DNA of 64,000 nucleotides from a virus: positions 32,001 through 96,000 of IMG/VR virus record IMGVR_UViG_3300030419_007436. One strand, written 5' to 3'. This document shows, piece after piece, positions 50,141 through 58,761 of the stretch. The position numbers and the translations under genes are program-made. Each line of letters opens with the position of its first letter. The stretch's first letter is position 1. Under the pieces are notes generated by a model. It searched no databases. It was given only the letters and a program-made list of their open reading frames with translations, and was not told the DNA's origin.

Positions 50141-51859
50141 TTACTCCTCGGCAGCCCCCGGTGGTGCGCTTTTTATGTATTTTGAGCTACTTTTTGCAAC
50201 CGGAAACATGCCTGTGTCGGTTTTGTTCGGCCCTTGAGACCTTAATCTATTAATAAAACTACTATAAGTGCTTCTCGCGTGTGCAACAGAGGGCTCATTT
50301 GACATTGTTGGGTCTTTTTCTTCGTCCAATTCGTCTAAATCTTCCCAATCGAACGCATCAGGGTCGAAATATTCGAATTTTTCCTCCTTTTCGGGGTCAA
50401 ATTCGTCTTTTTCTTCACTTTTTCCTTGTTTTTGAGTAATTTTGTCCGAAAATTGGTCCAAAATGTTCTTTTTCGACTTAGAAAACACAAAAAAGAAGGG
50501 ATTTTCGTCATTTTCGTGTTCTGCACCCACTTTTTTCTCTTTTTCAACCCCATATTCGTTATTTTGCATGAATTTTGCCCAAACGCGCTCTGCGTCGGGA
50601 CTAGTTTCATAAGAATCGGGCGCTAAACCTTCTTCAGCTAGCTCTAGAGCCATCAAATACATGATTGTGCCCACTTTTTCGCTGTTTAGGGGCGAAGATG
50701 ACCACGCAACCTCCCAATGGGGCACATTTGTGCGTTTTTCAAGCGAAATATAGGCATTTGTACCCTCTTTTTTGCTTTCTACGGGCTCTTTTGTCACTGG
50801 ATCAAGTAAATTGATGGTGATTTCGCTTGGAGAGGTCGTAATGTCATATAAAAAGTCATTTGGGCCCTTAATTTCAGCATTTTCGAGAAATAGGCGCCAA
50901 TTTTTAGTTATATTTTCTTTCATTATCGGTGTTTCGGTATCTTCCGGCGCAGGATGCCATGTTTTTGCTATGTCATCGTCAAAAATAGCTGATATTCCTC
51001 TTCCCGCGTCTCTAGGGTTTTCTCCTGCGACTGTTCCTGCATCAGTTCCCAACCCAAAGCCCGGATCAAGTATAACAAACTGTTTTTTTCCATTTCTCAT
51101 GGCATATCCAACATTATATGGTCTAATATCCCATGATGGAAGATTAAATTGTGCTAAAAGGTCGCGAATATTTAATATAAGAGGATCATTAACTAGCTCT
51201 TCACCGTCGCCATAAGTTATTGTATGTTCTGCTCGCTTATCTATTTGTTTTGCAGCAACTTCAGGTATTGTTTTAGTGTTTATTAGTTTTTGAAACCAGT
51301 ACTGGAAATCTTCAGTTGGCTCATCTTTCCAAACAGGGAAAAATTCTTGCATTTCTTCCCAAGATGTTATATCTTTGACTTTTTCAGAAACAATCCAGAA
51401 GTAATCTTTGGCACTGTCATAGACTTTTGGTACTAAGTCAGAAGATGTTTGATAAAATGCTTGAGCTTCGTCCCGATTCATCTCCATACTTCTTCTAGAC
51501 TCTCTACCTTGATTAACCGCGGGCCCTACAACCTTTAAAACAAGCTCTGGGTTTTCTGGAACGTTAAAAGTGGCCCTAAAAGATCCTGCGCCAAGCTTGG
51601 TGTATCCCTCCTTCTCCATACAATCATAAAAATCAGGAGGAAAAACATCAATTGATTCATTTCTAAGATCTTTTATACATTGTATACTATCAGGATTCTT
51701 TCCAAAATATGTTTCACGTGACTTTTCCGGCGTATCATCATATTCATATGGTGCACTATATTCATCAGGTTGTGTCACACCAGGCTTTTGTACTTTTGTT
51801 GTTGCAAAAGGGTCAACATTTTCATTTAAAAACTGGCGCCAGCTTTTAAAAAAGCTCAT
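50141..51859 (-). CDS. Class-B leader protein: protein-kinase-like domain plus GNAT-like domain after an internal leader copy
   Basis: MSFFKSWRQFLNE; LGAGSFRATF, VLKV, DIRPYNVG, ILDPG; ITKNWRLFLE; GTIMYLMALE...SPDAERVW. Confidence 0.72.
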   Translation of the reverse strand: MSFFKSWRQFLNENVDPFATTKVQKPGVTQPDEYSAPYEYDDTPEKSRETYFGKNPDSIQCIKDLRNESIDVFPPDFYDCMEKEGYTKLGAGSFRATFNVPENPELVLKVVGPAVNQGRESRRSMEMNRDEAQAFYQTSSDLVPKVYDSAKDYFWIVSEKVKDITSWEEMQEFFPVWKDEPTEDFQYWFQKLINTKTIPEVAAKQIDKRAEHTITYGDGEELVNDPLILNIRDLLAQFNLPSWDIRPYNVGYAMRNGKKQFVILDPGFGLGTDAGTVAGENPRDAGRGISAIFDDDIAKTWHPAPEDTETPIMKENITKNWRLFLENAEIKGPNDFLYDITTSPSEITINLLDPVTKEPVESKKEGTNAYISLEKRTNVPHWEVAWSSSPLNSEKVGTIMYLMALELAEEGLAPDSYETSPDAERVWAKFMQNNEYGVEKEKKVGAEHENDENPFFFVFSKSKKNILDQFSDKITQKQGKSEEKDEFDPEKEEKFEYFDPDAFDWEDLDELDEEKDPTMSNEPSVAHARSTYSSFINRLRSQGPNKTDTGMFPVAKSSSKYIKSAPPGAAEE

Positions 51860-52104
51860 TAGTCCCCAAACCCTATTTTTTCCCAATATTCATCATCAAA
51901 AAGTCCATCTTCGATGTCCCGACCAAATTCGAAGTCTTGACCTAAGAACGCTTCCCATGATTTTTCTAATTCTTTTTGAATTAGCATTGTTTTTACTTCA
52001 TTATAGTGTGAGTCACCTACTTTTTCTTTCATTTCTTCTAAATTTCGACGAGCTTCACTAATCGTGAGTTTTTCTTTTTCATACTCTACACAAATTAAAC
52101 ACAT
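51859..52104 (-). CDS. Hypothetical protein
   Basis: MCLIC...EARRNL. Confidence 0.6.
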   Translation of the reverse strand: MCLICVEYEKEKLTISEARRNLEEMKEKVGDSHYNEVKTMLIQKELEKSWEAFLGQDFEFGRDIEDGLFDDEYWEKIGFGD

Positions 52105-52415
52105 ATTTTTTTTACCTCTATAAGTTTTTCTTACTGCTTTTAATAAAGTGTTTTGACTTCTTTTTTACTTTGTTAAAACCATTGTTTTTTCCGTTCTTCA
52201 TATTAACTCCTATTTCCAGAATTGCCACCACTTCTTTTTCGGCCCGGAACCTAAAGATTTAAAGGTTAATTTTGCAAACATTTTTTTCAATCTTTTAGTT
52301 CCCACATTTCTAGTTCCTTGCAGTCTCCTGCTTTTTATTCGTTTTCTTCGTCTTCTTCGTCTTCTTCAAAGAGATGAGACTCATCTCTGCGCCCTTTATA
52401 TATAGGGCTCTCTGG

Positions 52416-52484
52416 TCATTCGCGAAGAGCGCTAATTTCTTCTAAAATTAACTCTTTTAAATAATCTTTTGTAAGTTTTTTCAT
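52416..52484 (-). CDS. Leader-only micro-ORF MKKLTKDYLKELILEEISALRE*
   Basis: Manual translation; RBS GGAG; class-A-like leader. Confidence 0.5.
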   Translation of the reverse strand: MKKLTKDYLKELILEEISALRE

Positions 52485-52495
52485 TTTTAGCTCCA

Positions 52496-53284
52496 TTAAA
52501 TGTTGATTTTTACAATCTCACTTCCTATTCCATTAACTGACATCATTTTATCATATGACATAATTTTTAAACTAGATAGTTTATGTAAATAGTCGTTACG
52601 GCGCAGAACTTTATAAACTAAATTCTCAACAGAATATTCTCCGCCCTTTTCTAAACCACCTTGTCTAAATTTCCTTAATTTTTCTCGAAGCTTGTTGGCT
52701 TCGTCGTGTGCAAATTTATATTTTTTTTCTGCAAAATCATCGTATATATCATCAATGTGATTCATAAACTTTGCAGCTTTTTTCTTTACGTTGGCTTCAT
52801 CAATTTGTGGATTATATCTAGAAGGTGTTTTATTCCACCTATCATATTTTATTGAATAAACACCTGTAGAATGGTGTTGCTCTCTAGAATCCTGTACATA
52901 TAATTCTACATCATGGCCTTTAATTCTAATATTGTGGGTTTTGTTCCACATTGAAGAAACACTTCTAAAAAGATCTGTTACCAGCTTTTCATTTTCATCA
53001 ACTTGAGAATAATCTACCAGTATATGCAAATCCACGTCTGAATATCGAGACCAATTATAGTTTGCTAAAGAACCTGTTAGGGTAACATCTTTTACGAGAG
53101 ACCATTCTAGGCCTAAATTTTGAAAGAAGTTTTTTGCAATTTTATAAAGATGTTTAGAAATATATTCTTTTAATTTATTTTTTTCCCATATAACGGGATC
53201 TAAATTATCCTTAATTGTAAAACCAGACATTTTAACATCTTCAGGGTCTATAATCTCTTCTAAATATTCTTTAAAAGCTTTCAT
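52496..53284 (-). CDS. Pol-beta-superfamily nucleotidyltransferase with T4 CTS-like leader
   Basis: MKAFKEYLEE; TGSLANY..S.YSDVDLH (GS...DxD), VELYVQD. Confidence 0.85.
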   Translation of the reverse strand: MKAFKEYLEEIIDPEDVKMSGFTIKDNLDPVIWEKNKLKEYISKHLYKIAKNFFQNLGLEWSLVKDVTLTGSLANYNWSRYSDVDLHILVDYSQVDENEKLVTDLFRSVSSMWNKTHNIRIKGHDVELYVQDSREQHHSTGVYSIKYDRWNKTPSRYNPQIDEANVKKKAAKFMNHIDDIYDDFAEKKYKFAHDEANKLREKLRKFRQGGLEKGGEYSVENLVYKVLRRNDYLHKLSSLKIMSYDKMMSVNGIGSEIVKINI

Positions 53285-53288
53285 TTAA

Positions 53289-53744
53289 TTAGTTCCAATC
53301 TTCTTGGTCGTCGTCCCAAAGGCCCGCACTCTCTTCTGGTGTCATCGGAGTCGACGGACCTTCTCTGCGCGCCAAGGCCTCTTCTTTGTCATAACGTCGT
53401 CTAAGGCTCTCTTCGTAATCATCTTCTGGTTTTGAGAGTGCAGGGTCATGACCAAGCATTGAACTAGCTTGTTCAGCTATTGGCAAAAGAGCATCCATCA
53501 GCAATTCTTCAAATTCTAAAGCAAGATCATTTTCGTGCATTTGCCCAGGCCCATCGCCAATTTTACCTTCGGCTTCAAACTCGCTAAGTAATACATCTTG
53601 TAGGGCGCTAACAAGCTTATCATTTATTTGATACACAGGACCAGCAGCCCATTTCGATTCAGGGTGTACATCGTCTGGCCAATCAGCAGCCTCTCTAAGT
53701 TCTTCTTTAATTATTTGTTTAAGCCTTTCGATTTTAATACGCAT
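53289..53744 (-). CDS. Class-A leader protein, acidic cargo
   Basis: MRIKIERLKQIIKEEL. Confidence 0.7.
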   Translation of the reverse strand: MRIKIERLKQIIKEELREAADWPDDVHPESKWAAGPVYQINDKLVSALQDVLLSEFEAEGKIGDGPGQMHENDLALEFEELLMDALLPIAEQASSMLGHDPALSKPEDDYEESLRRRYDKEEALARREGPSTPMTPEESAGLWDDDQEDWN

Positions 53745-53979
53745 TTTCTGCCTCCTTCATATATTGTTCTTGTACATAAACATTTTTTCCTAATTTAACA
53801 TATTTGTTATTTCGTCTTCTTTTTCTTTTTTTGAGGATTTGACAGAGGTGTTCATTTTTCATTTTTAAAGATATAATTTTATCTGTTAGACGTTTGTTTG
53901 ACCAAAGTAAAGATCCTGTCCATAACATTAACACCCCATAAAAGAAAGCTGCTTCAAGTATGTTTAATTCAAAAGTCAT
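53734..53979 (-). CDS. Single-TM protein with basic C-terminus
   Basis: Hydrophobic N-terminus; KKRKRRRNNK. Confidence 0.55.
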   Translation of the reverse strand: MTFELNILEAAFFYGVLMLWTGSLLWSNKRLTDKIISLKMKNEHLCQILKKRKRRRNNKYVKLGKNVYVQEQYMKEAENAY

Positions 53980-54014
53980 TATAAATCTCTTCCTTTATTA
54001 TAATTAGAACTTTA

Positions 54015-54635
54015 TTATCCCAGTTCCTTAATTATTTTTTCAACATCCCCATCATCATACACAATATATACATCTTCATCCAATCCAAGTACTTTTTCTT
54101 GCATGTCGCTGGCTTCTTGTCTGGCCCTAGAAAGTCTTTCTTCATATTCTTCTTGAGATTTATACTCTCCTTTATTTAGGCGCTTTAAATGTCGTCTTTC
54201 TAGCTCCTCTGTAGATGGAGGCGCCGAAAAAACAAGTATTAATTCTTTTCCGTATTTTGCTGCAACATTCCTTAAGTCATTCTCATCCTTACTTCCATCA
54301 ATACTTGTTTCGTCTGTAACTAATATTGCTTTTTGAGCATTTAAAAAATCTTCTAATTTTGTTCCATAATAATTACCACCGTATTGATTAGTATTAATTA
54401 ATTGTCCACTTTTGTCTTTTTCTAACCAGTCCTCTTCTGTTGTAAAATCATATTCAACATCTTCTTCGCCCCTCGGCGGGCGAGTAACTAATGAAACTAA
54501 TTCCTTCCATCCGTGTTTTTTAAATATATTTTTTTGTCTAGACTTTCCAGATCCAGATGGTCCAAATATGGCAACAACCTTACCAGATTTAGATTCTTTC
54601 AGATATTGGCGCCAGTTTTCAAATAAGAGTTTCAA
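54015..54635 (-). CDS. gmk: Class-B leader protein, guanylate-kinase-like
   Basis: GPSGSGKS, VTRPPRG.E..EYDF, YGGNYYGT. Confidence 0.8.
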   Translation of the reverse strand: MKLLFENWRQYLKESKSGKVVAIFGPSGSGKSRQKNIFKKHGWKELVSLVTRPPRGEEDVEYDFTTEEDWLEKDKSGQLINTNQYGGNYYGTKLEDFLNAQKAILVTDETSIDGSKDENDLRNVAAKYGKELILVFSAPPSTEELERRHLKRLNKGEYKSQEEYEERLSRARQEASDMQEKVLGLDEDVYIVYDDGDVEKIIKELG

Positions 54636-54844
54636 TCTTTTTTAAATCTCCTAAATGTGTAAGTATTCCATTGATCTAGTTGATTAGTCGTGTTAGATAA
54701 ATTCCATCGTTCTGGTATATTACAAACTGGTATTAGTGCATGCAAAAGAAATACAAGGCCTCTAAAAATTAAAGTTAATCCAATTTTACCAGCAAATAGT
54801 AGATGACTTAAGTAAGTCTCGTTATTTTCTTTTAGATGCATCAT
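54632..54844 (-). CDS. Small membrane protein (DUF6356-like)
   Basis: HLKENNETYLSHLLFA...LLHALIP. Confidence 0.55.
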   Translation of the reverse strand: MMHLKENNETYLSHLLFAGKIGLTLIFRGLVFLLHALIPVCNIPERWNLSNTTNQLDQWNTYTFRRFKKD

Positions 54845-55749
54845 TATAACAATTCCTTTGTAATAGAAAGTGATTCTTCACTACTCGCAATTTCATCTGA
54901 AGTTAATTGTACATCCACACCAAGCTGTTTGAGTTTTTCATATTTTTCAGAGTTTTGCCAGTGAGCTTTAATTTCTTCCATGGTTTCAGAATCGTATTCA
55001 TCAACTAGTTGAACCAAGACAACGCCATTATTATCGATATTCATATTTTTTATTGGCATCTCAACGTAGTCTTCAATCATATTAATAATTTCCGGATCTA
55101 ACTCCGGAGTATCTACTTCTACTTTAACTAACTCCTTTCTTTCAGGGTCTAATCTATATCCTGTAATCTCAGGATCAACCTCTCCAACTTGATCAAAATC
55201 AAATCCTGGCAATATTGCTATTTTCTGAGGGGGAAAATACCCTCTATCTAAAAAGAAAGCAGCTTGGCCCACAACCTCTGTAAACAAGGCGCCTGCAGCT
55301 GAAGGAGGAACAGTCTTCATGTGAGCATTATAAGAGGCAATTTCTCCTTCAAAAGTAAAATCGGTATCTCTCTGACAGTGTGTCATATAATCGTGTACTG
55401 CTCGTAGCTTTAAATTTAGTTCTGGGCTAAATATTTGATGTTCTGTGCCACCTTTCCATATCTTTAGTATACCATTATTAAGGGCATCAGCACACATTTC
55501 TTTTGGCCCCTCATATGGATCTTCATCAACAAACTGTATATCCACTCTAGAAGATATTCTTTTGAACATTTTATCTACAAATGGCTCTATTGCTTCGAAT
55601 GCGCCAACAGCCTCTTGATCAAATATGGGAGCTTCATCATAAGCTTTCGCTACTAATTCTCTATATTTATCCCATCCATCAGGTCCAGGCTTGAGCATTA
55701 ACTTTTCTGTTAGTAGGAATTTTCGCCAATTTTCAAATAATAGTTTCAT
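54844..55749 (-). CDS. Class-B leader protein with an HDxxxH putative metal-binding domain
   Basis: LRAVHDYMTH...FEGE...AH...FTEVVGQ. Confidence 0.65.
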   Translation of the reverse strand: MKLLFENWRKFLLTEKLMLKPGPDGWDKYRELVAKAYDEAPIFDQEAVGAFEAIEPFVDKMFKRISSRVDIQFVDEDPYEGPKEMCADALNNGILKIWKGGTEHQIFSPELNLKLRAVHDYMTHCQRDTDFTFEGEIASYNAHMKTVPPSAAGALFTEVVGQAAFFLDRGYFPPQKIAILPGFDFDQVGEVDPEITGYRLDPERKELVKVEVDTPELDPEIINMIEDYVEMPIKNMNIDNNGVVLVQLVDEYDSETMEEIKAHWQNSEKYEKLKQLGVDVQLTSDEIASSEESLSITKELL

Positions 55750-56777
55750 TATTGAGCCCTTCTGACAAATATTTTTTCAGCTGCAATATTACCAATCGCT
55801 AACACCTCTTCCTCATCTCTAAAAGTTTTTAAAACATTGACTTTGTTTTTATCTAGCGTTTTGGCAACATCAATAAATTTATCTCCAGAGGTTTGAAAAA
55901 TAATTTCAAATCTATCGCCATGCGTTGCCGTTGTTTGATCAGCAAACCTTTCAGCTTGTTTCCAACTCTTTGTAAATGATTTTCCCCCTTCTTGTGCGGC
56001 TATCGTGATTCCTGATCCTGGAAGTTTAATTTCAACCCATTTACCCGGCTGGCTCCAGACTTCTTGAAATTGTTTTCTGAAAAAATAATCTGCAGAATTA
56101 GCAGGATTTGGTCCTTTGCCCGCGCGGTACGCAATATAATCAAGCGGTTTACGATTTTTAATTCCGGGAATATTTAATTGGTCTACTAGCTGCATGAAAT
56201 TATTTGCTCTAGCTCCTCGAAAAGCTTTTCCAGAATATCCGACTGCCTTTCCCTCTTTTGCCATTTTTAAAAGTCTATTCATATCTCCCCTTTTAAGAAC
56301 ACCAAAGCCTTGAGTAGTTTCCATATATATTTTGAGTTTTTCTATGGACACTTTACCCGCGTCGTCAATTTTGTTGGCCATTTTTGCGCCATCTGAGACT
56401 CCATCAAACATCTTTTTACCTTTATCGGTAACTGTTTTTGTGGTTCTCATTAATTTGGCAGCCTTTGCTGGCGCAGCGGCTTTTCCAAGTACAGGAATAA
56501 TTGCAAGAAGTGCTAAAAGCCATTCTCCTCCAGCCTTCATTGTTCTCTGATCGTTTAAATTTTTCGTTGCTGCAGCAAATTCTGGCCACGATAAAATACC
56601 TGTCGGTTCTACAATAGAAACAATTTGTCTTATTGTATCTGCCTGTTCAACGGTCATTTTACTAGAAAGGCTTACTAAGGCATCAAGAGTACGCTCTTCA
56701 GAAGGTCCGCCCATTCCTGTTATTTCGTTTAAAGATTCTTTTCTAAAATTTCGCCAATTTTCAAATAGTAGTTTCAT
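55749..56777 (-). CDS. Class-B leader protein, predicted R-S-E ADP-ribosyltransferase
   Basis: AFRG, KSFTKS..QAERFA, DEEEVL; pre-toxin-like LLAIIPVLGKAA. Confidence 0.65.
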   Translation of the reverse strand: MKLLFENWRNFRKESLNEITGMGGPSEERTLDALVSLSSKMTVEQADTIRQIVSIVEPTGILSWPEFAAATKNLNDQRTMKAGGEWLLALLAIIPVLGKAAAPAKAAKLMRTTKTVTDKGKKMFDGVSDGAKMANKIDDAGKVSIEKLKIYMETTQGFGVLKRGDMNRLLKMAKEGKAVGYSGKAFRGARANNFMQLVDQLNIPGIKNRKPLDYIAYRAGKGPNPANSADYFFRKQFQEVWSQPGKWVEIKLPGSGITIAAQEGGKSFTKSWKQAERFADQTTATHGDRFEIIFQTSGDKFIDVAKTLDKNKVNVLKTFRDEEEVLAIGNIAAEKIFVRRAQ

Positions 56778-56786
56778 TATTATTAA

Positions 56787-56987
56787 TTAGTTGTGAGTGC
56801 GTGAAACCAACTCTAATGTGAAGTCTAGACACCAAAATTCTTCACCATCTAGCCAAAGCACTTTTACATCTGCTATTTTTTCTGGTGGTTCGAATTCTGG
56901 GGCATTTTTTATTTCTGTAACGAGGCCAAGTTTTCTGGTGCAATCAAATTGTACTAAATCTCCAATCTGAAATTTATCAGAGGGCAT
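56787..56987 (-). CDS. Small SH3/KOW-like protein (paralog of 61256-61462)
   Basis: IGDLV...GLV...VLW.DG..FWC. Confidence 0.6.
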   Translation of the reverse strand: MPSDKFQIGDLVQFDCTRKLGLVTEIKNAPEFEPPEKIADVKVLWLDGEEFWCLDFTLELVSRTHN

Positions 56988-56988
56988 A

Positions 56989-57420
56989 TTAAAACCACTC
57001 TACATCTTTAAAAATATCTTTTAGTTGGTTAAAGAAATCAGAAATAACTTTTTTGTCTTCTTCTGATATTGCTCCGTTATCTGCAATTATTACTTTATCG
57101 TTTCCATTGCCGTCAACATATTTTACAATGCCTACTGGTTTTAAATTTTGAGATTTAGAGTCTGAACTGGGAGATATTACAAAGTCCCAGCCCATATTAT
57201 CGGCTGGATTAATTGCATCCGTCCACTCACCATAATCAAATGGCAGTTCTAGTTGTGTACCACCTTTAAAGGCCTTCGTAGAGCCTTTAGGACTATCTAT
57301 ATTACGATTTTGATTTGCTTCTGGATTTTGATTTAGATATCCAATTAGATTTTCATATGAATCTAGAGATTTTTCTTCTTCGGTGAGATATTGACGCCAA
57401 CTTTCAAATAATGTCTTCAC
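56989..57420 (-). CDS. Class-B leader protein, inorganic-pyrophosphatase-like
   Basis: MKTLFESWRQYLTE; PKGS, PFDYGE....PAD.MGWDFVI, GNDKVII. Confidence 0.6.
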   Translation of the reverse strand: MKTLFESWRQYLTEEEKSLDSYENLIGYLNQNPEANQNRNIDSPKGSTKAFKGGTQLELPFDYGEWTDAINPADNMGWDFVISPSSDSKSQNLKPVGIVKYVDGNGNDKVIIADNGAISEEDKKVISDFFNQLKDIFKDVEWF

Positions 57421-57435
57421 ATTATAAGTAGTAGC

Positions 57436-57648
57436 TTATTGTGCTTCTGGCGGCTCTAAGATATGGCCGCATTCTTTGCATTGAAAACATTGTACAGGAA
57501 ACTTAAGTTCTTGACCTGTTGGCGAAATTAGAGCAGAAAGTTTTTTTACCATTATTACTGGTGTAAAATATAAACTTTCGCACTTTTCACATCCAACGTC
57601 TTCTGCTTGTTTTAAATCAACGTTAATTTGATGTTGTCCTTGTTGCAT
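57436..57648 (-). CDS. Zinc-finger protein
   Basis: CEKC...CKECG. Confidence 0.7.
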   Translation of the reverse strand: MQQGQHQINVDLKQAEDVGCEKCESLYFTPVIMVKKLSALISPTGQELKFPVQCFQCKECGHILEPPEAQ

Positions 57649-57709
57649 ATTTATTCCCTTTTATTTTATCATTAAAAACATTTTTACTGTTTCTATTATT
57701 TTATCTATT

Positions 57710-57922
57710 TTAGACTGTTGGGGTTGTTCCGCCTGGACGAAAAAGTTTTTCATGCACAACCTTAAATCTAGAATTAACATCTTCTATTAATTGTGTATAA
57801 TTTTGTTTAAGTACTACAACTTCTTCAGCTAACGCATTGTTTGCTGCAGCAAGTCTTCCAACAGTTTTACGTACATCTTCAATCGATTCTTGAACTTTAG
57901 CGTTTGAATTTTTATCTACCAT
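57710..57922 (-). CDS. Coiled-coil hypothetical protein
   Basis: RBS AAGGAGG. Confidence 0.6.
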   Translation of the reverse strand: MVDKNSNAKVQESIEDVRKTVGRLAAANNALAEEVVVLKQNYTQLIEDVNSRFKVVHEKLFRPGGTTPTV

Positions 57923-57995
57923 GGTACACCTCCTTATGTGTCATCTAGGCCTTCTAACAATACTAGCATGTTTTAAAACAATATTTAATATTTTT

Positions 57996-58187
57996 TTAAT
58001 AGGAATCGGATTCTATTAAGTCTAATAATTCTTTCTCTAAGGTATCAATTTTATTCTCTAATTCTCGGGCCTCTTCAACTCTTTCATAGTGGCCATATGA
58101 AATTAATGTTCTAACTTCTTTCAAGCTTTCTGAGGCTCTTTTGATCCTTTTCTTGAGACTTTCTTCTTTGAAACTTATAACGTTCAT
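57996..58187 (-). CDS. Coiled-coil hypothetical protein
   Basis: Likely start MNVISFKEE. Confidence 0.5.
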   Translation of the reverse strand: MNVISFKEESLKKRIKRASESLKEVRTLISYGHYERVEEARELENKIDTLEKELLDLIESDSY

Positions 58188-58269
58188 GCTATAATTATAA
58201 TAAGTATATAACTGTTTTTTAAGTTGGCACACCCTTTGCAATAAAAATAGTTATATAAGGAGTAATATT

Positions 58270-58752
58270 ATGGAAATATGTTTAATATTTATGTTATCTA
58301 ACGGTTTTGCACTAGGTACCGCTGAATGTCAACAACAACTATTTGTTGGAGATGGGTTGGTTACGCCACACGAAGTGGTATATAATTCACACCCTGAAGA
58401 ATGTTGGGATGGGTACTTATTTTATATACCGTATAATAGAGTACACGTAGCTCACCACACGCGCTACGTAAAATATCATGTTGTCCGCAAAAGACATGTC
58501 AATAGAATCAGATATCACGGTAAAGTACATCATCACAAACGCTATAAACGCTATAAGCGTTATAAAAGGCCACGGGTAAAATACCGTCGACATAAACGAC
58601 TAATAAGAATGAAACCCAGGTATGCACCTCGAAAAAGGGTTTATAATAGAACCGTAATTAATAGACATTATTATGGGAATAATTCTTCGAAAAATAAGAA
58701 TCACAGGAGAGGAAAGGGAAAGGTTAAAAAGGGCAAGAATAAGAAGTTTTAA
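58270..58752 (+). CDS. Arg/Lys/His/Tyr-rich polycationic protein
   Basis: RBS AAGGAG; tandem RYK x3. Confidence 0.65.
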   Translation: MEICLIFMLSNGFALGTAECQQQLFVGDGLVTPHEVVYNSHPEECWDGYLFYIPYNRVHVAHHTRYVKYHVVRKRHVNRIRYHGKVHHHKRYKRYKRYKRPRVKYRRHKRLIRMKPRYAPRKRVYNRTVINRHYYGNNSSKNKNHRRGKGKVKKGKNKKF

Positions 58753-58761
58753 CTAACGCCC

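Noticed and set aside
52390-52418. Selenocysteine or TGA recoding at 52416 with a downstream GCCCT...AGGGC hairpin
   Set aside because: The loop lacks the G-containing bacterial SECIS apex and this is a single case. TGA clearly acts as a stop elsewhere (many ATGA overlaps), and TAA and TAG also end genes, so there is no code reassignment.
53285-56791. ACTAATTAA at 53285 and 56783 as late promoters
   Set aside because: They overlap upstream stop codons and lie only 1-6 nt from the start codon, so they can be explained by AT-rich gene junctions.
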